Below, piece after piece: positions 54,440-64,000 of a DNA stretch of 64,000 nt. The position numbers and the translations under genes are program-made. The stretch covers positions 55,926,001 through 55,990,000 of the forward strand of contig CM052817.1 of assembly GCA_028534125.1 (NCBI GenBank). Direction: 5' to 3'. The notes below the pieces were generated by a model. That model searched no databases. It was given only the letters and a program-made list of their open reading frames with translations, and was not told where the DNA came from. Numbering within the stretch: position 1 is the stretch's first letter; every line of letters starts with the position of its first letter. Source of the DNA: Lama glama (taxonomy: Eukaryota).

Positions 54440-54640
54440 CTATAGCAAATATGAATAAGGACTCTAGGAACCAGGTTGCTTAGCTCCCATCTCAACTTTG
54501 CTTTTTATGAAGTGTGCTGCCTTGGGAATATAACTTAACATTTCTGTGCATCTGTTTCCTCAAATATAAATAGGAATGAACCTTACCAATATAGTAATAG
54601 TGATGACAGATGAGTCAATAGGTGCTGTAAGTATATTTAA
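54440..54640 (+). mobile_element. MIR SINE
   Basis: CCTTGGGAATATAACTTAACATTTCTGTGCATCTGTTTCCTCAAATATAAA. Confidence 0.75.
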
Positions 54641-54769
54641 GCATGGATTACAACGAAATTTTTAAATGATAATATTCATATAATTTATTAATAATAGATG
54701 ATATATATTAGCTATAAAAGGATTAAGAAGTAAAACACAAGAAAGCAAAAGGCAAGATTTTTGAGACCA

Positions 54770-55359
54770 TGTGGGTTCTGGTCGGCAGAAGTCCCACCGA
54801 GACAGAATGAATTACTCGAGACTCTGTGGAAAAAGTCAAGAGAGTGGGAGGGAGTCAACTCCATGAGCCTCTCAAATGCTCCCACATTTATTGTGTACAA
54901 TCAAAGGAGAAGTCACTGACAGCTGTGTGATGGAATGCAGGAATTTAGGGAAAGACAGGGTGGGAACCAGACTGTAGGATCCACAATGAGTACAAAGGCT
55001 TAGTTTACCTTTAGGGACGTCATGGGGAGAGGGGAACAACATACATTCTAATAGATATGTTAGAGCAGACCACCAGACCAAACAGTTCCTTGCTTTGGGG
55101 ATAGAAGACTATCTAACAGCAGGCACGCCCAGCGTTTAAAGCTGAGGGCCTGGGTCATTGCTTTGCAACTAGCAGAGTGCTAATTAAAACCTCAACTATG
55201 CAAGCAAGGCATTGTCTCTGCTTTTTACGGCAAGGAGACCGGAGTGCGGATGCACAGGCGCCTGTGTGCAAGGCAGTTACTAAGCACATTTGTTCTTCTT
55301 TAAGGAGACAAACGGCTGGGGTCTGTTACAATTTGTTAACCCAATCATGGGCTCCCACA
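54770..55359 (-). mobile_element. Young ERV2/ERVK-type solo LTR, 590 bp
   Basis: Inverted termini TGTGGG...CCCACA. Perfect 6-bp TSD AGACCA at 54764-54769 and 55360-55365. Minus-strand AATAAA at 54887-54892. Many CpGs retained. Confidence 0.92.
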
Positions 55360-55609
55360 AGACCATTCTACAGTAAATAATAATATTTTTTAAATTATAT
55401 TGACACTTTAAGATTTGTTAATATTGCATTACTACACAGTTTACAGAACCCCCAAACATACTGGAATATAGGATATTTGCATATCTTTCATTCAATAATT
55501 GACTGAATTAGTTAAAGTAATTGTAATGTAGGGAGTGGAACGGATTCATGCAGAAGGAAAAGCTAATACAGTGTAACAGTGAAATAGGACTTTTGCAAAT
55601 ACCCTATAA

Positions 55610-56560
55610 TCCAGTACGTGGTCTCCTCTCTCTCTTGGACTTTCAGACTCTTTATTAATGTAGGCTTTGTCTTCTCATCTGATGTGTTTTGTAAGAACCG
55701 TTTCCTTGTTAAAAACAAAACAAAACCTCCCATTGCCTATACTTCTTCACGCTACTGTCATCTTTTTGCTTTAAATATAAAATGATTCAATTTTAAGATC
55801 TGTATCTAATTTTTCTTTTTACTCCCTAATAACCTTCTTTCATTCTGAACAATTTACTGAAACTACTTTTTCAAGATCATCAATTATTTCCCCAAAATAT
55901 CATGAAATGATTGTGAGGTTTATTCTCTGCTTGTGTTTTGTTGTGATCTTTTACCAAATCTGGAAGAGCTGGCTAGACAACAGCCTATCTTGATAATCTA
56001 CATTTCCAACGTTGTGTCCTGGTGACTGTTCAAGCCTGTCTTTCTCCCCGTAACTATGATTATCCTTCTCTCTCTCTGTATCACTATTTTCCCCTCCTCT
56101 GAAGCTCTAAGTATATGCAGAATCCACCAAGGCTATGGACACAGTACTCTACATTTTGTTTAACAAATTATTTCTCTTGTGTATTGCATAGCATCCTGTA
56201 AATTCACTTGTCACATCTATGCAAAGGACTAGAGCCCCTGATCCATTATGAGATCCAGTATACAATATAACAGAGTGATTTAGTATAGAAGGGACTGGTG
56301 CTTTTTAGCCCTTAAGAATGTAAGTTGCAGATGTGAATGACTTTAAAAGTCTTTGTCTAAGTCAGCTTCTTTCCCCCCTTTCTCTTTCTGCAGAAAAAAA
56401 ATCAAACAACAAAAATGGTAAATAATGGCCTATTACTGACTCAAATTCAAATTAGAATACATTATCTACCTTATCCTCTCCTGCTACTGGTTCTGTATCT
56501 TTAAGCTTACAGTTACTTTTAGGTCTTCTCTTTTCATGCCATGTTCAATAATTATCTATG
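55610..56560 (+). mobile_element. Degenerate L2, interrupted by a duplicated block at 56271-56404
   Basis: ACTGAAACTACTTTTTCAAGATCATCAAT...ATCCTGTAAATTCACTTGTCACATCTATGC. Confidence 0.5.
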
Positions 56561-56620
56561 CAACTGAGATTCAGTTTACTCTTAATGTATGGCCTACATT
56601 AGAGAAAATTTAATTATTGC

Positions 56621-57075
56621 TGTTATGGGTTGAATTGTGTCCCCCCAAAAGACATGTTAAGGTCCTAACGTCTATTATTTTAGAATATGAACTTCTTTGG
56701 ACATTGGGTTATTATAAATGCAGTTATTTAAGATTAGAGGGCACACTTGAGTAGGATGGGCCCTATTCCATTATGACTAGTGTCCTTGTAAGAAGAGGGA
56801 AGACAGACACACAGGAAAATGCCATGTGATGACAGAGGCAGAGATTGGAATGATGCAGCTGCAAACTCAGGAACACCAAGGACTGACGGACACCATCAGA
56901 AGCCAGGAAGAGATAAGGAAGGAGTCTCCCTTAGAGGCTTCAGAGAAAGCACAGCCCAGACAGCAACTTGACTCTGTACTTCTAGCCTCCAGAACCGTGA
57001 GGCAATGAATTTCTGTTGCTCTGAGGCATCCATTTTTGGTACTTTCTTATGGCAGACCTAGGAAACCAATATACA
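56621..57075 (+). mobile_element. MLT1C solo LTR
   Basis: TGTTATGGGTTGAATTGTGTCCCCCCAAAA...CTAGGAAACCAATATACA. TSD ATTGC / GTTGC matches 4 of 5 bases. Confidence 0.92.
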
Positions 57076-57614
57076 GTTGCACTTCTCATTTATTAATCAC
57101 AAGAGTTCTGAGCTCACATGATATTGTGTACATCCACTTAAATCACCTATTTGTTCTGACTATAACTGTGATTTTGTCTATTTTTCTTTGTAGCTTTAGA
57201 AAACTTTGGTGCATGTACATTGAAGCTCTAATATTAGATGCATACATATTTAAGATTATTAGGCCTTTTTGGTGAATTGACTATTATTGTTATGAAATAT
57301 TCCTCTTAATTTCTCATAATATTCTTTTCTCTAGAATCAGTTAATCATTCAAATTTCACTTGATTAGTGTTAGCATGGTATATTTATTTCCATTATTTTA
57401 ATTTATTTGTACCTGTATAAATAAAGTGAGTATCTTACAGGCAACATAAAGTGAATGGTGTCCTGGATTTTTTAATCCTACCTGAAAATTCCCATCTTTA
57501 AATTGGAGTGTTTAGACTATTTAAATTATTATAGTTTATTTTAAATAAATCATCTTGCTATTTGTTTTCCATTTATTCCATCTGTTCTCTGTGTATATTT
57601 TCCTCTTTTTCTTC

Positions 57615-57782
57615 CAAATCCTACCTACTCGCAGCCTGTTTTTGTATAGCCTAAGAACAACAACAAAAAATGGTTTTTGCCCTTTTAAAGTTATAAACAA
57701 TACAAAACAAAAAATATGCAATAGAGACCAAATGTATTCCTCAAAGACTAAACTATTTACTCTCTGCCCCCATTATAGAAAC
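57615..57782 (+). mobile_element. MER58B/C-like fragment inserted in the L1M
   Basis: GCAGCCTGTTTTTGTATAGCC...AATGGTTTTT...AAAATATGCAATAGAGACC...TATTTACTCTCTG. Confidence 0.7.
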
Positions 57783-57982
57783 ATCACAGTGCACAACTGT
57801 GACATTTACTGTAAATAATAAATTAGCTTTTAAGGAGATTTAATTTTGTTTTGTCTTTTATACACATATACCCCTGTAATCACTATTTCTGCTTCTCTTC
57901 ACTCCTTTGGAAAAATCCAGATTTCTATTTAGTATAATTTTTCTCCTACTTAAAGGAATTTATTTTTCTTCATATACATATC

Positions 57983-58000
57983 TGTGTGTATGTGTGTGTG

Positions 58001-58037
<37 letters not shown>
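57983..58037. repeat. Compound (TG)n(AG)n microsatellite
   Basis: Directly visible. Confidence 0.97.
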
Positions 58038-60423
58038 TTGCTAATATACATGTCTCTGAACTTTTCATCTGTGTTTGTCTTCCAGTCATTCTTTTCTGTC
58101 TTTCACTTTGGATACTTTTTATTACCTTGTGTTCCTGTTCACTAATATTTTCTGCTGCAATAACTAATCATCCATTATTAGCCCTATCTGGTGTAGTTTT
58201 CTTCTCAGTGATTGTGGTTTTCATCTTACAGAAGGTTGATTCTGGTCCTTTTTATATATTCCTTGTCTCTAATTTACGTACGTAATTTTTTCTCTAGCAT
58301 CGTGAACCTATGGGAAGAGCTGTATCTGTTTTTAATGTTCTTTTATGTTAATTCTACCATATTGGTTATTGGTGTTGATTTTAATCAATTGATTCTATTT
58401 CATAGTAGGTTGCATTTTTCTGCTTATTTCCATGCCTGGCCATTTCTGATTGGATGACAGGCATTGTGAAATTACCTTGTTGGTTGTTGAATTTTTGTAT
58501 TAATACAAAAATTCGTAAGTTTTATTCTGAGATTTGTTTAAGTTAAATTAGAAATAGCTAATTTTTTGTAACTTGTTTATCTTCATTAGTTGAGATAAGA
58601 GCAAGATTTATTCTATGTCTAATTTTTCTCTACCACTGAGGCAAGACCCTTCTAAGTAACATACCTGATGCTCTGTAAATTATAAGGGTTTAGCCTCTGT
58701 CTGGTAGAAATAGGAAATACTCTCAACCTATGGGAGCTTCAGATATTGTTCCTGCTAATCCTCTTGGGTGATTTTCCATCCAATCTTGGAAGTTACTCTC
58801 AATCTTTGACTGATTAGTACTCAGATGATTACTCAAAGGATATCCTCTGAAGATCTTGAAAGCTATTTATCCGAGCAATTCTCTCTTCTCTGATACTTGT
58901 GCCTGCTCATTGTAGCTTCACTGACCTCTAGAGTAACAGCTTCATCGTCTCCAGCGAGGGAGATTCTCAGGCTACATTTGGGTTTCTTGACTCTGAAAGT
59001 AGGCTAAAGCAATTATCAGGCTCACTGTATTTGTTTCCCACATCCCATGTATCACTGTCCTTCACTGCCTGATTCCAATGTCTTGAGAACTTTTTTTTTT
59101 TTGCTTTTTTCCCCATTTTTAGTTGTTTCTGGTTGAGTATTAGTCCAGATCTTGATTGGACATGAAATTCCCCAGTATTTCATTCTGAGCTTAATTTATA
59201 GTCTGTTAGTAGTGTGGCCATAAAAAATATTATTGTATTTGAAAATTTATGTAAAATACATGGTGTCATACATCATTCCATTAAAAGAATATTAACACTC
59301 CTAGAACAATCAAGTGAGTACTGACCAGCCCACACATATGAGAAAGCTATCAAAAGCCAAGGGAAATTAAGGTATAATTTAAGTATAATACATATAAGAA
59401 CAAATATAGTACCTTAAAAAAGAATAAACATACTAGTCAATAATGCAGTTATGGACTGAACAAAACCAATGGTTTATGAAACTAAAATTGTTAATCACTG
59501 AGAAAATAGAACACAGAGCTGAGATGGAAGATTTTTTAAAAATTCTAAAATAAATATTCCTGTGCTTCTTTATGCCCTTACCTACAAAATCAAAAGGGTA
59601 AAGTTGAAAATATAGTTTATTTACTAAGAAGCACAACTCTGCATAACTACCATTTCTGCATGAATGCTCAAGAAAATTCACTGAAATCCTGTCTTAAAAT
59701 GATTTAAGATCAGGAATATTTATGTAATCAATTTTAAACAACTAACAGCTGAGATCAGTTTTATAAAAGGCAGATGTTATTACATATATACATTATACAT
59801 TATTAATATAAAGGCAAAAGAGGAAGCCTAATTACATTTAACATGCATATGCCTTTTCTCTCAAGATGTTTTCAGAATTTATAAATATGAAGACTTTTAC
59901 CACTGTTATTATGTTTTGAATTTATTTAGTTTTTTTAACCCTAGAAGTAATAGAATTTCAACCTATTGAAAAAATATTTGCAGCATGTCCTTTTTTTACT
60001 TAAATTTTTCTTCTAATTTACACCTATCCAGCAATATTACTTGCAAAATGTCTAATAATGTGAAATAAGAACCACAGGGAAGGATTTAATATTAACCAGA
60101 GAAAAGAGCTCATACTTATTTGTTATGTCAAATACAATCTTACTTTTTTTTTTAACTAATATTTGCTCCAAGCTGTCATTATATCCTCTGATTTCAGTTC
60201 TGAGTCCTAAAAGGATGGGGACATTAGGATCCTAAGAATTGTTAACGCCATAGATTTTTATTACTAACTACTTACCAGATATGCCACTCAGCCCTCCACA
60301 TATCTCTCACAGCACCATATTAATTGACTTTAAAAAAATTAAATTTAATCCAAAAAGTATCTCTGCTTTTGATAAATGTTTTAATAGTCCAGAGAAAATT
60401 ACATGTACAATATTGTCCCCCTT

Positions 60424-60690
60424 TTATTCATCTAGTTTTTCCATAAATATTTTTGAGTATCTGCTTTACCAGGAATATCATAGGTGCTAGAGCCCCAAAA
60501 ATGTCTTGTATAGACAGGTTTTGAATTCACAGATCTTATTTCTAGTGAAGAAGAAAGGTTTTAGACAGTTTTCTCAATGAAGTATGAAGATGTTAACACA
60601 GATTATACAAGATGCCACTGAAACATATGTCAGGGTGCCTAACCTTCTCTGGCGGAGTTAGTTAAGGCCTCATGAGGAACTGATTATTTT
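60424..60690 (-). mobile_element. L2 3' end
   Basis: ATAAATATTTTTGAGTATCTGCTTTACCAGGAATATCATAGGTGCTAGAG. Confidence 0.65.
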
Positions 60691-60770
60691 TATCCACAAT
60701 GGAAAAAACATGTCCCTCATTATATAGAAAAAAGTTATTAATAAGATTTTAAACAGTACTTAATATATAA

Positions 60771-60891
60771 GGAGGAGGGTATAGCTCAGTGGTAGAGCAC
60801 ATGTTTAACATGCATGAGGTCCTGGGTTCAATCCCCAGCAGCTCCTCTAAAAATAAATAAATAAATAAACTTAATTACTACTCCCCCAAAA
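60771..60891 (+). mobile_element. Vic-1-type camelid tRNA-derived SINE
   Basis: GGAGGGTATAGCTCAGTGGTAGAGCACATGTTTAACATGCATGAGGTCCTGGGTTCAATCCCCAG (A and B boxes), then (AAAT)n and CTTAATTACTACTCCCCC. Confidence 0.95.
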
Positions 60892-61149
60892 TGATACTAA
60901 CTCTCTCCATATATATTTGGAAGCTTTAAAAAATGTACCTAAGATAACCACCATACATATTTTGTTGATAATATTTCCCTGCAACTACTTCCCTTCATTA
61001 GATTCCATGCAGCAGTAGAGAATCGCTTAATATTCTCAAACGACTGGAGATCACATCTGTACTTAACATAGATATTCACAAAAATAGATGGAAAGAATTG
61101 TGCTTAAATTGAAAAAAATCAAATGGAAGAAATAAGTCTACCCTTATTA

Positions 61150-61660
61150 CTTATTTCTTTAATACCTTTCAAACACTCTCACTTCTGTTTGCCCAACTGC
61201 CATCATCTTAGTCCATAGTATCCTCACCTCTTCTGGTATCAGTGCCATGGCTTACTAACTACTCTTCCTGGCTCCATTTCCTCACTAACTCTTTATGAAA
61301 GAGTTGGGCTTGACTTGGGTGTGATATTGCATAAAATATCAAGTAAAGTAATCTAGACTCTGGACACTTAGTACCATTCACACAAACGTTGCCCAGGATG
61401 TCTCCAGCATAGTTAATTTATTCAGGTCCCTTACAACCTTATATAAAATAGCACTTCTCTCATACTGTACCAAGTTTTGGGGTCTTAACACGTGTTTAAC
61501 TTGATTTTGTTACCTAGCATTATGTTATATACATTATATAATTTGAGTACAAGGATTTTACTATTTTATATACTGTTTTATGTCCAGTAGCTAAAAAGCA
61601 CCTGGGATATAGTATGTGTTCACTAAATAGTTATCAAATGACAAAACAGATGAATGAAAG
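61150..61660 (+). mobile_element. L2 3' region
   Basis: CCAACTGCCATCATCTTAGTCCA...CACCTGGGATATAGTATGTGTTCACTAAATAGTTATCAAATGA. Confidence 0.7.
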
Positions 61661-64000
61661 TTTTCAGGGCCCACTTCTCTTTATTTTTCATTAACTTCCG
61701 TCACTGTTAGAGCAAGGAGAACATACTAAGCCCAATTTGGGAGTTAATAAATGAGATTAAAACTGAAAGATATAATTGCAGGTGGAAGGAAACATGCTGG
61801 AGGTCACTGAGGCTTGGGAGGGGTATCTTCAGGCACTTGAGAACCCCTACAACTCTTTCATAAATGGAGTTCAAATGGACTGCTCATCCCTCTGAGAAAC
61901 ACATAGCATCATCCATGAAATTTCGTATCAAACTGAAGTTCATCAGAATCCTTGTTACTTTCTGACATGGATACTGCTGTATTTACAAAAGCTTCTACTC
62001 CATAACTAAGTGTACTCAAAACCAGGTGAGTCTGCTGGACTGTAAGTAGGGCCCTTTGCTATTTTATAACTTATGTAATCACTAAAATTATGAGTCCACA
62101 AGCACATTTAGACAGCAGACATGTATCTTTGTTTGAGCTCTTTTCTTCCTAACAGCTTTATATGCTAGAAATAGATATGCTCAAGAAAATCCAAATAATA
62201 AGGTGAGTCTGTCTGTGGTAACACTGGTATTTGCATTTTCATTATTAAATATAAAGAGCAAACATGAAAGGGTGAGAAATACTCATATGCATTGATTACT
62301 ATGCTGATTTAACTGCCTTCAATAGAGAATATACTTTAGAAACTGTTTTCACATAGATGACCTCAAACTTGTTTCTGATAGTTGTCTGCCTTTGAATATG
62401 TGAAACCTAAGAAACAAGCTACCTGTATTTTTACTCAGCTGCCTTACGACAAGGTTTGAAACACTAGAGTATACATTTTTACCTTGTCTTGTGATCAGAA
62501 AACTAATTGATTTATAGCTATTCATTGAACAGTTGGGCAGTAATATCATTCTGACAGAACTTTTTACAAATTGGGAATATCTGAAAATATACCTTTTATC
62601 ATTTCTTTTCAATAGGCTATATTGGTTGAGTTATTCAATAAAATCACTACCTCAGCAAAACAGAAAACATCTGAAATAACACACAGTCTTTAAACATTAT
62701 TTCTCCTTCATCATATTATTTGCTGCATTGAGTGAAGTGAGTTTGTTTGCCTTCTCACAATCTGCAAAGGTATCCTCATGAGTATCCACTTTATTTTAAA
62801 AAAAGGAAATCACTTTCATGATAGATTTTCACATCAATTTCAAAATGCCTCCCAACTCTCAAATGTATTTAAACTTCTGTATACCTTAAATTCCTATCCA
62901 GGATATAAATAAACACTTTCAATTAATGGATTAATGCAGAATTACTGTGGGCAGTTCAGGAAGTTAAATTCCATTACATTTCCTAAGTGTTAATCAATTA
63001 GTCATTGTCCTTAGCTATAGGTCATAACACTGGAGTGCCCCAAAAGAATTAATTCCCTACTCTGTTAAAAAACCAAAATATGCTTATAATTCAATTTGAT
63101 GAAAAATGTAATATTTATGGCTAATTTTACCTTTTCCTTTTCAATCTCATTCAAATTCTCCGCCCGTGCCCTTTGGGCAAGCACAGAAGCACACCTCTGC
63201 ACATCCACACATGACATGTGATTAAGCGTACTTCTAACAGCTGGCATGAGCTGTATACTAAATATTGTACCTATCAAGCTTTTACATGTTTTCATTTTAA
63301 AATTCCCATTTAAATGCAAATTCTGCCATTTAAATAGAGTCCTCTTGTGCTTTATTACACTATAATTACTATTTCCCATCTTCCTGGGACTGACTGCAAA
63401 AAAGGCCATAGGTCACTCTACCAGCCCTCTAAAAGTGCAATTGAAATCAGGAAGTCATCATCGCCAGCATTTGTGAGTGACACCCATTTGTTAAGGGAGA
63501 CCTGAGGGACTGATTCAAACAGTGCCCTAAAACCTGCCTTGTCCTGTGATTTATAGGAACAAGAACAAACAAAGCCCACAGCTACAATCCCTTCAGGTCC
63601 ATGTGAATTAAACAGTTTAGCCAGAATTTGGCACAAATATATAGTAACTGAAATGCTGCCCTCATTTTGAAAGGAGACACATGCCAAATGATACAATCCA
63701 ATCCCAATGTCAAGGGACAAGCAAGAAACACAAATGTATCTAGTTATTGCCCATTCTTACTGAATGAAATGCAGTCATGGGTTCAATTTGTATAAATGTT
63801 AAAACTAACATTTTCTATAGGACTGCTTATTTATATATTTTTATTTAAGTGCAGTCAATTATAATACAACTGCTTATTAATAACATGGGCACAAATATAA
63901 AGGATATACATAAAATATGTATTTGAAAGTCCTTAGGATTTACAAATATAAACTGAATACTACTAGTAATTTATGATTGTGTATCTGCAGAGTACCTACA

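Larger units (their letters stand above)
57150..59170 (-). mobile_element. Old L1M (L1MC/ME) fragments
   Basis: TTTGAAGCTC-type antisense ORF2 remnant (ACATTGAAGCTCTAATATTAGATGCATACATATTTAAGATT) and a 5'-type region (CCACTGAGGCAAGACCCTTCT). Confidence 0.7.

Noticed and set aside
60771..60845. tRNA-Ala-like gene (also at about 24970-25042 on the minus strand)
   Set aside because: These are SINE heads followed by the Vic-1 AT-rich body and tail, and the stems are degenerate.
1..64000. CRISPR arrays, operons, prokaryotic systems, CpG island, NUMT or processed pseudogene
   Set aside because: None seen. The DNA is mammalian and repeat-rich, with no regularly spaced repeats, CpG-dense promoter or recognisable mRNA- or mitochondrion-derived segment.

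Overview
AT-rich, CpG-poor, repeat-dense mammalian nuclear DNA, either intergenic or deep intronic. Two Vic-1-type tRNA-derived SINEs and camelid-type L1 3' ends point to a camelid (camel, alpaca or llama). I find no credible protein-coding gene. The ORF track is chance ORFs plus decayed L1 ORF2 fragments. The window contains: two L1 insertions that are both 5'-inverted and bounded by TSDs; several solo LTRs (ERV1 with 4-bp TSDs, MaLR with 5-bp TSDs, and a young ERV2/ERVK-type with a perfect 6-bp TSD); ERVL protease and RNase H remnants; older L1M, L2 and MIR copies; hAT and Tigger DNA transposon relics; and microsatellites. Less obvious structures are two dispersed local duplications (an MLT1D/ERVL junction copied about 6.9 kb away, and a 135-bp block copied about 2.4 kb away), a cluster of ERV1 LTRs, and an apparently repeat-free, motif-rich enhancer candidate near the 3' end. 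I see no evidence of a novel biological system. Repeat family names come from my recollection of consensus sequences, not from a database search, and boundaries of old repeats are approximate.
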